Positions 36,953 through 45,610 of a stretch of DNA of 64,000 nucleotides are shown here, one piece after another. The notes beneath the pieces are model-generated. The model saw only the letters and a program-made list of their open reading frames with translations. It had not been told where the DNA came from and did no database searches. Each line of letters begins with the position of its first letter. Position 1 is the stretch's first letter. Made by a program: the position numbers and the translations under genes. This DNA is from Candidatus Uhrbacteria bacterium RIFOXYB12_FULL_58_10 (GTDB lineage: Bacteria; Patescibacteriota; Patescibacteriia; UBA9934; GWF2-40-263), in assembly GCA_943354165.1 (NCBI GenBank), contig CALRBH010000001.1:16828-80827 (forward strand), written 5' to 3'.

Positions 36953-38337
36953 TTAACGTTTGCGACGGAGCGCGCGGTTTTTACCTTGATGCGAATAGGC
37001 GTTCCGGAAATGTCGATCTGTTCGCGGAGGCGGTTTTCGAGGAAGCGGAGATAGCTTGGGTGAAGCACGTCTTCCGTCTTTGCCTTAATCGTAAGGTGAT
37101 AGGAAGGAGGAGCCACGCCGGTCTGGGTGAAGCCGAGGGCGGTTGGATAGGCGGGGCCCTTGTGGCGGCTTGGGAGATGCTTCTTCACGGCGCTGCGGAG
37201 GAAGGTGTCGAGTTCCGCGTCCGTGGCCTGCGCGTACCGGTGCGACTGCACAAGGTCCACAAGTTCGAAAATCTTTTCGATGCGCTGGCTCGTGAGGGCA
37301 GAGACGAAGATCACGGGGGCCCAGGACATGTATGGAATGGAATTCACGAGCATGCGTTCAAACGCGTTTATGGTCTCTGGCGTCTTGTTTGGAATGAGAT
37401 CCCACTTGTTGACGACGATGATGACGCCCGCGCTACTTTCCTGAACGAGTCCGGCAAGCGTGCGTTCCTGGGAGGCGATCGGCGCGGTGGCATCGACGAC
37501 GAACAATACGACGTCTGCGCGGTGGACGACGTTCTGCGAACGTTCAACGCCGAGCGCTTCGAGTCCGCCTTCTTCGCGTACCTTGTACATCTTGCGGATG
37601 CCGGCGGTGTCGATGAGGACGTATTGGCGACCATCGATTTCAAGACGAGCATCGTTTGGTTCACGAGTCGTGTGAGCAATCGGAGAAGTGATGAATCGCT
37701 TCTCGCCGAGAATGGCGTTGAGAAGGGAAGACTTGCCGACGTTCGGACGTCCGATGACGGCGATGCGTGTCGCTTCAATACGTGAAAGTTCTGCGGGAGG
37801 CTTTCCGAGTTTCGCGAGCGTTTCCCAGACATGATCCAACATGTCGCCGACACCCATGCCGCGAAGGGCAGAGACCGCGTATGGAGTTGGGAGGCCGGCC
37901 AGGCGCCATTCCTTGGTGTTGATGCTGAGCGAGTCCGCGATGCGCTCGGCTTTGTTTGCGACAACGATGACAGGAACGCCCCCGTCACGAAGTCGTGCGG
38001 CGATCTCAAGATCCTGCGGGAGAGGTCCGGAGCGGACATCGGTCACAAAAATGATCAGGTCCGCCGTCTTCATGGCAATTTCAGACTGGGCGACAACGTT
38101 GTGTTCAATATCGCTTACGAGCTCGACGTCGAGTCCGCCCGTGTCTACGATCTTGATGGCCCGTCCACGCCAAAGACACTCACCCTCGGCGCGGTCGCGG
38201 GTGGTGCCGGCGACCGGGGAAACAAGCGCCCTGCGGCTTTCCGTAAGGCGGTTAAAAAGGGTGGATTTGCCGACGTTGGTTCGACCAATGAGGGCAATAA
38301 CCGGGACTTTATTGGAATTCATATCAACACAGCTCAA
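36946..38337 (-). CDS. der: ribosome-associated GTPase Der/EngA
   Basis: Two tandem GTPase domains (GRTNVGKS and GRPNVGKS) + KH-like C-terminus. Confidence 0.9.
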   Translation of the reverse strand: MSCVDMNSNKVPVIALIGRTNVGKSTLFNRLTESRRALVSPVAGTTRDRAEGECLWRGRAIKIVDTGGLDVELVSDIEHNVVAQSEIAMKTADLIIFVTDVRSGPLPQDLEIAARLRDGGVPVIVVANKAERIADSLSINTKEWRLAGLPTPYAVSALRGMGVGDMLDHVWETLAKLGKPPAELSRIEATRIAVIGRPNVGKSSLLNAILGEKRFITSPIAHTTREPNDARLEIDGRQYVLIDTAGIRKMYKVREEGGLEALGVERSQNVVHRADVVLFVVDATAPIASQERTLAGLVQESSAGVIIVVNKWDLIPNKTPETINAFERMLVNSIPYMSWAPVIFVSALTSQRIEKIFELVDLVQSHRYAQATDAELDTFLRSAVKKHLPSRHKGPAYPTALGFTQTGVAPPSYHLTIKAKTEDVLHPSYLRFLENRLREQIDISGTPIRIKVKTARSVANVKT

Positions 38338-38346
38338 TGTACGCTT

Positions 38347-39936
38347 TTATTTTCGTACCAGGTTCTCTGCGTTATCCCCCAAAATCACCAAAAAGTCAAT
38401 GTTCTCTCCGGTGGCCAGATGCTCAAAATCCTCGGGTGTCAGGGCCATGGATTTTGGGATGACGTCTCCGCTCGCGATCCATCCGGTCGCGGAAAGAGTG
38501 ACGTCCGCTTCAAGAAGTTCCTTGAGGGCCTTCAAATCCGCTGGGCGCTTTCCATCTGTGAGGTCGTAGATGACGGTGTGTTCAAATCCGCGGGACTTTG
38601 CGTTCCCGACCTTCACAACCTGGAATCCCTGCTTGTCGATGATTTGTGATGTGCGGAATCCGAGCCCGCTCACTGTGGTTCCGTTTTGAATTTCCACTTT
38701 TACGAACTTTGGCTTGATGGGAGCGGTCGCCGTAAGGGAAGGAGACGTTTCGAAAATGGCATCAGCCAGGCGCTGGAGCGATCCCCAGTCATCGTTCTTT
38801 GGCAACAGGACGTAGGCGCCGTTCATGGAGGTGGCGTAGAGCGGGGATTCCGGAGACGCATCGAGAACATGGTTCGCGATCTTGGACGCATCGAAATCTT
38901 TTAAGAGCGTTGCGAGACGGGCGAGTTCCCAGATCTCGAAGTTGGTGGCGATGTTGTCGCGCACCGTGTCGAGGATGCGGGCAATCTTTGCCGGGTTGAG
39001 AACGGTGGAGACGGAGAGTAATTTTTCGCGCATGGCGAGAATGATTTTCTGCTGGCGGCGCGAGCGTGCAAAATCCGACGCCTCGCCGTTGCTTCCGTGG
39101 CGCGAGCGAACGAACTTGAGAGCGGTGTCTCCGTCCATGTGCGTCCATCCCTCCTTAAACGAGAGTCGTTCAAAGCGGCAGGAGTAATCGACAGGTGCGG
39201 GAGGTATGACGGGAACCGTTTCTGCGGTGGTGGTTTCAGGAACAGCTTCAACAACCGGAGCGGGCGTTCCGCCGCAGTTGGCACTTTCCTTTCCGAGAAT
39301 CGGATACTCACTATCCACAAACGCTTTATCCACAAACACTTCCACACCGCCGATGTCATCGATCAGCTTGGCGAATCCACTGAAGTCTACGCGGACATAG
39401 TACTGAACAGACTCATCGAGGACGCTTCCGACCACTTCGCTTGCGAGGCCTGGGCCAGTTCCCGGTTCCGTATTTTCTCCGAACGCGTTTGCGTGGTTTA
39501 TTTTGCGCCAGCCGTAGCCTGGGATGGGGACGGACAGGTCACGGGGAATGGAAATCATCCCCACCTCTTTTGTGGAAGGTTTTACGCTTGCAAACAGCAT
39601 GGTATCAGAGAGCTGTGGACCATCGTGTCCGGCTCCGCCTACGCCCAACAGAAGAATGTTGATCCGATCTTCCGCTTCTCCGTTTAAACGTTTTTCTCCT
39701 GCCCCCACAAAAGACCGGATGAGCGCGAGCGGAGAGAAGGAAGGGAATGCCCCAGCGGCTTCCGTGTTGGAATGGATGTTCCAGGACAGGGCAATACCGA
39801 GGGCTGCCAGAAAAATTCCCACGGTAAGGAGGACTTTTTTTACACTCAATTTGCGCGGTTTTGGCGCGGGGAGCTCCTCTTCATTCATAGGCAAACAGAA
39901 TAGAAGCAGTATAGCGCGAATAACACATGTATTCAA
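38347..39936 (-). CDS. LytR-CpsA-Psr (LCP) family cell-envelope phosphotransferase with C-terminal extension
   Basis: N-terminal TM anchor; LCP core (INILLLGVGGAGHDGPQLSDT…ISIPRD); start may be at the downstream Met (MNEEEL). Confidence 0.75.
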   Translation of the reverse strand: MNTCVIRAILLLFCLPMNEEELPAPKPRKLSVKKVLLTVGIFLAALGIALSWNIHSNTEAAGAFPSFSPLALIRSFVGAGEKRLNGEAEDRINILLLGVGGAGHDGPQLSDTMLFASVKPSTKEVGMISIPRDLSVPIPGYGWRKINHANAFGENTEPGTGPGLASEVVGSVLDESVQYYVRVDFSGFAKLIDDIGGVEVFVDKAFVDSEYPILGKESANCGGTPAPVVEAVPETTTAETVPVIPPAPVDYSCRFERLSFKEGWTHMDGDTALKFVRSRHGSNGEASDFARSRRQQKIILAMREKLLSVSTVLNPAKIARILDTVRDNIATNFEIWELARLATLLKDFDASKIANHVLDASPESPLYATSMNGAYVLLPKNDDWGSLQRLADAIFETSPSLTATAPIKPKFVKVEIQNGTTVSGLGFRTSQIIDKQGFQVVKVGNAKSRGFEHTVIYDLTDGKRPADLKALKELLEADVTLSATGWIASGDVIPKSMALTPEDFEHLATGENIDFLVILGDNAENLVRK

Positions 39937-40129
39937 GAGGAGAATCTGCTATACTTTCATTCTCTGTCTCTCCATATCCATTCGTATTTCACCAACCGTA
40001 GAGCAAGGAATTTTATCAGCATTGCCGCAACCCACGAAGAAATCTTTTATTTCTGGTTTGGGAACGCCTGCGGGTACGGAGCCCCGTTTAAGGTCGTTCC
40101 AACGCGCTAGCTTCCCCATAATTCACCGC

Positions 40130-40159
40130 TTGCTTTTCCCTGTTTCCCGTGCTAATCTC
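40130..40159 (+). promoter_or_regulatory. candidate promoter for tRNA-Val (TTGCTT -18bp- TAATCT)
   Basis: Hexamers read directly; weak. Confidence 0.25.
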
Positions 40160-40179
40160 ACGCAGCATTCCGCCCCTGC

Positions 40180-40256
40180 GGACGTTTAGCTCAGCTGGTT
40201 AGAGCGCACCGTTCACATCGGTGAGGTCGGAGGTTCGAGTCCTCCAACGTCCACCA
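40180..40256 (+). tRNA. tRNA-Val (anticodon CAC), CCA encoded
   Basis: GGACGTT acceptor, GCTCAGCTGGTTAGAGC D-arm, anticodon loop TTCACAT, GGTTCGAGTCC T-arm. Confidence 0.85.
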
Positions 40257-40298
40257 GCCTTCGCTGAAGCTTCGGCTGGCGGAGCCATTATCATTTTC

Positions 40299-40913
40299 AT
40301 GTTAGAACATCCGCATCACGGTGGAGTGGATACCTTTTGGCATCGGAAGCTCGGGCCTGTTTTGGGTGCCGTTGCCGTCTTCCTCATTGAGGTCATCCAG
40401 ATCGTCATTATTTCCGCGGCGATCATTATTCCGGTCCGATATTTCCTGATCCAGCCGTTTTACGTGAAGGGCGCAAGCATGGAGCCGAATTTCTACGATA
40501 ATGAATACCTCATTATCGACGAACTCTCCTACCGTCTGCAGGATCCGGAACGCGGGGAAATCGTCGTGTTCCGCTATCCTCGTGATCCGAGTCAGTTTTT
40601 CATCAAACGTGTCATCGGTCTCCCTGGTGAAACTGTGGAAGTGAACGATGGGAAGGTCCTCATCTATACGACAGAGCATCCAAATGGAATCATTCTCGAG
40701 GAATCGTATTTAGAAGGAGCGCTGACAGAAGGAAAGAAAAAGACCACTCTTGCCGCTGGAGAGTATTTCCTCTTTGGGGACAATCGTGGAGAAAGCATGG
40801 ATTCCCGGTCCTTTGGTCCGGTAAAACGTTCCTTGATCATCGGCCGTGTCTGGCTTCGAGGATTGCCGCTTTCCCGCGTAAAACTGTTTGAAACGCCGAA
40901 GTATGGGCTGTAG
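40299..40913 (+). CDS. lepB: signal peptidase I
   Basis: Start at MLEHPHH; catalytic S (GASMEP) and K (RVIGLPGE) regions; GDNRGESMDSR box. Confidence 0.85.
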   Translation: MLEHPHHGGVDTFWHRKLGPVLGAVAVFLIEVIQIVIISAAIIIPVRYFLIQPFYVKGASMEPNFYDNEYLIIDELSYRLQDPERGEIVVFRYPRDPSQFFIKRVIGLPGETVEVNDGKVLIYTTEHPNGIILEESYLEGALTEGKKKTTLAAGEYFLFGDNRGESMDSRSFGPVKRSLIIGRVWLRGLPLSRVKLFETPKYGL

Positions 40914-41007
40914 TAAGTAAAAAGTAGTTAGTAGAAAGTAGTCAAAAACTATTTTCTACGCTGAAACTACTAACTACTAACTACTAACTACTATCTACTA
41001 ACTTACG
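40909..41007. repeat. TAGTAG-palindromic intergenic element, copy 2
   Basis: tagtaagtaaaaagtagttagtag… / …ctactaactactaactactaactactatctactaact. Confidence 0.7.
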
Positions 41008-41017
41008 ATCCCACGAT

Positions 41018-42469
41018 ATGTTCCCTAAGAAGCGTCCACAACCACCAAAGCCACCGGCTGAACCAAAGCCAGGGGATCCGCCTATAAAGAAGGGAAAGGC
41101 CCCTCCAGAACTTTTGCGTGGATTCCGCGATATTCTTGCGGAAGAGCAGCCTCGCTGGCAGTTGGTGCGCGATACCGTGCGTACCATGGCCGAGGCGTAC
41201 AGTTTTGACCGCATCGATCTTCCCATCCTTGAGCGTTCCGAGGTGTTTTTGCGCCCACTCGGGAAGAATACGGACGTCGTGGAAAAAGAAATGTATTCCT
41301 TTGAGGATCCGGGCGGAGACAAGGTATCCCTACGTCCTGAGGCTACGGCCCAGGTTGCCCGCGCCTACGTAAATCACGGCATGCTGAACCTGCCACAGCC
41401 GGTAAAGGTTTGGTATGAGGGGCCGATGTTCCGTCATGATCGTCCACAGGCCGGCCGATTCCGCCAGTTCAACCAGTTTGGATTTGAAGTGATCGGCGTT
41501 CCGGAAGCGATTGTGGATGCGCAGCTCATCGTGATTGCTACCCAGATCTTCAAGGATCTTGGGCTGGACGTGAGCGTACAGATCAATTCCATTGGGACAG
41601 TTGAATCCCGCCAGGCTTACCTTACGGAGCTCGTAAACTATTTCCGCCCACATCGCAGCAAGCTGTCTGAGGACGACAAGCGTCGCCTTCAGAAGAATCC
41701 ATTGCGCATCCTTGATAGCAAGGACCCGGTTGTTGTGGAGCTTCTTGTTGGAGCGCCACAGATCGTGGACTGGCTGGATGAAGATGCCAAAAATCACTTC
41801 ATGAAAGTGATCGAGTTCTTGGACGAGATGCACGTGCCGTACGTCCTGAACCCACACTTGGTGCGTGGGCTCGACTACTACACGCACACCGTGTTTGAAA
41901 TTTTCCTCGCGGGAGACGAGCCGGAGCGCGCGCAGTCCGCCCTCGGCGGCGGCGGACGTTATGACGGTCTCCTGGAGATGATTGGCGGTCGCCCAACGCC
42001 TGCTTGCGGATTCGCCGTGGGGATTGAACGCGTGGTCAAAGCGCTTGGAGAGAAGGGAATCCACCCACCTCCACGCCGCCGCCCACAGGTCTTCTTTGCC
42101 CAGCTCGGAGATGCGGCGCGGCGCGTCGGTCTCAAATTGTTTGAGGAGTTTCGCAAGGCGGACATTCCGGTGGCGGAAGCCTTCGGGAAAAACGCCCTCA
42201 AGGCGCAGCTCGAAGTTGCCAACAAGCTCGCGGTTCCGTTTACCCTTATTCTTGGGCAAAAGGAGGTGCTCGATGGCACCATTATCGTCCGGGACATGGA
42301 CTCCGGCGCCCAGGAAATCGTGGACGGCGCCAAGGTGGTTGCCCTCGTAAAGCGCAAGTTGGCGCATGCGAGCGACATACTGGTCACTCCTGCCTCTGCC
42401 GGAGCCCCCGCAGAAGCCGAGGTACCGGAAATCGATCCAGACCTTGACGCCCAGGACGCGTTTCGGTAA
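41018..42469 (+). CDS. hisS: histidine--tRNA ligase with Pro/Lys-rich N-terminal extension (start uncertain)
   Basis: Class II aaRS motifs; HisRS-specific regions; N-terminal ~30 aa PKP-rich before the conserved LRGFRDIL. Confidence 0.85.
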   Translation: MFPKKRPQPPKPPAEPKPGDPPIKKGKAPPELLRGFRDILAEEQPRWQLVRDTVRTMAEAYSFDRIDLPILERSEVFLRPLGKNTDVVEKEMYSFEDPGGDKVSLRPEATAQVARAYVNHGMLNLPQPVKVWYEGPMFRHDRPQAGRFRQFNQFGFEVIGVPEAIVDAQLIVIATQIFKDLGLDVSVQINSIGTVESRQAYLTELVNYFRPHRSKLSEDDKRRLQKNPLRILDSKDPVVVELLVGAPQIVDWLDEDAKNHFMKVIEFLDEMHVPYVLNPHLVRGLDYYTHTVFEIFLAGDEPERAQSALGGGGRYDGLLEMIGGRPTPACGFAVGIERVVKALGEKGIHPPPRRRPQVFFAQLGDAARRVGLKLFEEFRKADIPVAEAFGKNALKAQLEVANKLAVPFTLILGQKEVLDGTIIVRDMDSGAQEIVDGAKVVALVKRKLAHASDILVTPASAGAPAEAEVPEIDPDLDAQDAFR

Positions 42470-42512
42470 TCTCTCGCAAGTAACGGATAATATTCATTGA
42501 GTTGAAATCCCT

Positions 42513-42767
42513 GTGGTAGACGTAAAACGCCGCAAAAGTGAAAGTTTCGAAGCTCTGTTCCGCCGGTTTTCCCGGCGCGTGCAGCAGAGTGGCCGGCTCA
42601 TCCAAGCTCGGAAGATTCGGTTTTTTGAACCGCTTCCAAGCAAGAACCGCGTACGCGAAGGCGCCCTGCGCCGTCTCGATATCCGGGATGAACGCGAGTA
42701 CCGCATCAAGACCGGTCAGCTCGTAGAGGAAGAGCGTGGCGCCCGCCGCGGTCCAAAGAAATCATAA
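42513..42767 (+). CDS. rpsU: 30S ribosomal protein S21
   Basis: 84 aa; ESFEALFRRFSRRVQQSG…RK S21 pattern. Confidence 0.8.
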   Translation: MVDVKRRKSESFEALFRRFSRRVQQSGRLIQARKIRFFEPLPSKNRVREGALRRLDIRDEREYRIKTGQLVEEERGARRGPKKS

Positions 42768-42792
42768 GCGAAGGTTTGGGAGGTTTGGGAAG

Positions 42793-42827
42793 TCCGGAAG
42801 GTTTGGTCCTTCCGGATTTTGCTTTTT
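42793..42827 (+). terminator. rho-independent terminator (tccggaagg…ccttccgga + TTTTGCTTTTT)
   Basis: 9-bp perfect stem followed by T-run, just downstream of rpsU. Confidence 0.7.
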
Positions 42828-42887
42828 CGCGTATACTTTTCCCATTAACCTCCCCAACCTTACGAACGTCCCAAACATCCCCAACCT

Positions 42888-43616
42888 ATGAATCTGCAAG
42901 AACAAGTCAAAGCCGACGTTGTCCTCGCGATGAAAGCGAAGGAAGCTGCAAAGCTTTCCACACTCCGATTGCTGAAATCCGCTCTCACCAACAAAGAGAT
43001 CGAATCCGGCGCGCCGCTCACGGATGAGGTGGCACTTGTGGTGGTGAAGGCACAGGTGAAACAGCTCAAGGATTCGCAAGCCTCGTATGAAGCCGCGAAT
43101 CGCGCGGACGACGTCGCTTCCGTGAAGGCGGAAGTCGCCGTGCTCGAAGCATACTTGCCGGCACAGATGTCTGATGACGCATTGCGCGCGGCCGTTTCGG
43201 GCGCATTATCTGCGGCAGGTATTTCTGCAAAAGCGGATATGGGGAAGGCGATGGGGATCGGGATGAAGGCCGCGGCAGGACAGGCTGACGGCGCCCGCGT
43301 GAAGGCGATGGTCGAATCGATCCTCGTCGTATTCGTGTTGCTTCTGATTCTTGCGCCGACCGCGGCACTGGCAGCGACGAATACGGGCATCTCTCCGCTC
43401 ATTCCGCTTGGCATCAAGATTTTCCGCGCGTTTCTTCTCATGCTCGGCATCGTCTGCGTGAACATGATTCTTATGGGCGGATTTGAGGTGATGGTGGCGG
43501 GCGGGCGGGACGATGGGCACCATCACGGGATGGAAAAGATGACTACGGGATTCATCGGCAGCATGGTCATTGCCGCGCTTTTCTCCGCCGCTACCGTGGC
43601 TATCGATCAGCTTTAA
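42888..43616 (+). CDS. GatB/YqeY-domain protein fused in frame to a C-terminal two-TM pilin-like hairpin (or internal start MVESIL giving a separate small secreted membrane protein)
   Basis: N-terminal ~150 aa YqeY-like; C-terminal …LAPTAALAATNTG…FLLMLGIVCVNMILMGGFEVMVAGG-RDDGHHHGMEKM-TTGFIGSMVIAALFSAATVAI matches the N-terminal module of the two giant proteins downstream. Confidence 0.65.
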   Translation: MNLQEQVKADVVLAMKAKEAAKLSTLRLLKSALTNKEIESGAPLTDEVALVVVKAQVKQLKDSQASYEAANRADDVASVKAEVAVLEAYLPAQMSDDALRAAVSGALSAAGISAKADMGKAMGIGMKAAAGQADGARVKAMVESILVVFVLLLILAPTAALAATNTGISPLIPLGIKIFRAFLLMLGIVCVNMILMGGFEVMVAGGRDDGHHHGMEKMTTGFIGSMVIAALFSAATVAIDQL

Positions 43617-43689
43617 AAGTAGATAGTAGTAAGTAGTTAGTAGTTAGTAGAACAAAAACTACTAACTACTTACTACTATCTACTAACTG
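43617..43689. repeat. TAGTAG-palindromic intergenic element, copy 3
   Basis: aagtagatagtagtaagtagttagtagttagtag-aacaaaa-actactaactacttactactatctactaact. Confidence 0.75.
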
Positions 43690-43750
43690 CGTTCAGAATA
43701 GTGTAGAATATATCCACAACGGAGGACGCTTTGTCCTTACGTCGCTTTCC

Positions 43751-45604
43751 ATGCTCATGCGACGCAACCCCACCACATTCCTGCGCGTTGTCGCGCGCAA
43801 CAGGCCAGCTAAGCTGGCCATGGCTACGGTTGTTTTCACGATCGGGCTTTTTGCGTTCCTCCTGCATCCGGACTCGGCGTTTGCCCAGACGGCGTTTGAG
43901 CAGTTCGGTTCCACCACGCGGTTGGGCCAGGAGAGTCTTCCTATTATCATCGCACGTATTATCCGGGTGGTGCTTGGCACGCTCGGGATCATCACGGTGG
44001 TACTTCTCCTGTACTCAGGCTTCCTCTGGATGACGAGCGCGGGGGATCCGAAGAAGATTGAACGCGCCAAGTCCATCATCAAGAACGCCGTCATCGGGCT
44101 CCTGATTATTTTTTCCTCCTTCGCGATTACCCAGTTCGTCTTGAACGCCTTGTTGCGTGCAACAGGGCTGGGAGGCATTTCCGGAAGAGATGCGGGCGCC
44201 TTCATCGAACCAAACTCCGGTTCCCTTGGGGCTGGGGTGGTGCAGGACCACTATCCGCCGCGCAACGCCGTGGATATTCCGCGCAACGCCAAGATTTTCG
44301 TGACGTTCAAGGAACCTGTGGATCCATCTACGGTGATTGCTGGGTTTGTTGAAGGCGCAACACCGCAGAGCAACGCTCTTGATCCGGACGCGGTCGCCAT
44401 TGTCGCGTCTGAACCTCCAAACAGCCTGCCGCTTCCTGGGAATTTGGTGGCCGTGTCTGTGAGTGAAGATCGCAAGACATTCGTGTTTGATCCTACCGAG
44501 CTGCTCGGTTCGGCGACACGGGATACGAACTACACCGTTTCGCTTACCGGCAACATCAAGCTCGCCAACGGACGCGATGCGTTTACGGGTGTATTTTCAA
44601 GCGGGTATTCCTGGACCTTCCAAGTCTCCACGGTCGTGGACCTCACGCCGCCGCAAGTGGTTTCCACAACGCCTACTTCCGGGGCCGAGCATTTCCCGAA
44701 TTCACTTGTCCAGATCACGTTTAACGAACCGATGGACCCGGTGGCCTCAACGGGAACGCAGAATCCTCCTACGAAAAATTTTACCAACATTTCCGTATTT
44801 AACGGCCCTGTTGCTACTGGAACGCGCGTGACAGGAACGTTCTCCATCGGCAATGGCTATCGCACGCTCGTATTCGTTCCAGACGTGCTATGCGCCAAGG
44901 ACCAGTGCGGCAGTGACGTGTTCTGCCTGCCAGTGAGCAGTCCGATCAATGTCGTCGCACGGGCCGCTACGCTTTCTACAGATCCTCCACAGGCCGTGCT
45001 GATCGGCGTTTCCTATGACGGCATCGTGGATGCGGCAGGGAACAGTCTCGACGGGGACGAAGACGGAATTGCCGAGGGTCCTGGTGCGGATTCCTATGGG
45101 GATCTGCAATTCACGACTGGAGACAAGGTGGACGCCCGCCAGCCGACGATCATCGCCGTGGATCCAAACTTGAATGAAGGGGAGATTGCAACGGATCGTC
45201 CCGTGACGGCCACATTCTCCATGCCGCTTATGGCCACGAGCGTGAACGGTTCGAGCGCCCAGATGTGGCCGGACCCTGACCATGAAATGTTCTTCGTGCC
45301 GCGCGTAGATGCCGTTACCGGAACTCCTCCGGCCAGATGTGAGGCGGATGGATGCTCGCGAGTTCAAATCCTCCATGGAGCCTTCCTGCCTCTTGATGTC
45401 GAAGGCGGGCCGTATTCCTACTATCCGATGCTCACCAAGGACATTAAGGGCAGCAACCAGTTCTGCATGTATCCGGCGAGCGGGCCTGCAGAAACGGGTT
45501 CTTGCGTCGCAACGCTTGCACGGCCGTTCTGCTGCAACGGCGTCGCGCAGAGAGACGCCTGTACAACCATCGGCACGAATCGTTCGCTTCCCCCTACGCC
45601 ATAA
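43751..45604 (+). CDS. secreted surface protein (617 aa) with N-terminal signal peptide + two-TM pilin-like hairpin, then bacterial Ig-like domains
   Basis: SP MATVVFTIGLFAFLLHPDSAFA; hairpin IIRVVLGTLGIITVVLLLYSGFLWMTSAGD-PKKIERAKSIIKN-AVIGLLIIFSSFAITQFVL; repeated V(T/F)F.EP(V/M)DP.T Ig-like starts. Confidence 0.8.
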   Translation: MLMRRNPTTFLRVVARNRPAKLAMATVVFTIGLFAFLLHPDSAFAQTAFEQFGSTTRLGQESLPIIIARIIRVVLGTLGIITVVLLLYSGFLWMTSAGDPKKIERAKSIIKNAVIGLLIIFSSFAITQFVLNALLRATGLGGISGRDAGAFIEPNSGSLGAGVVQDHYPPRNAVDIPRNAKIFVTFKEPVDPSTVIAGFVEGATPQSNALDPDAVAIVASEPPNSLPLPGNLVAVSVSEDRKTFVFDPTELLGSATRDTNYTVSLTGNIKLANGRDAFTGVFSSGYSWTFQVSTVVDLTPPQVVSTTPTSGAEHFPNSLVQITFNEPMDPVASTGTQNPPTKNFTNISVFNGPVATGTRVTGTFSIGNGYRTLVFVPDVLCAKDQCGSDVFCLPVSSPINVVARAATLSTDPPQAVLIGVSYDGIVDAAGNSLDGDEDGIAEGPGADSYGDLQFTTGDKVDARQPTIIAVDPNLNEGEIATDRPVTATFSMPLMATSVNGSSAQMWPDPDHEMFFVPRVDAVTGTPPARCEADGCSRVQILHGAFLPLDVEGGPYSYYPMLTKDIKGSNQFCMYPASGPAETGSCVATLARPFCCNGVAQRDACTTIGTNRSLPPTP

Positions 45605-45610
45605 AACGTT

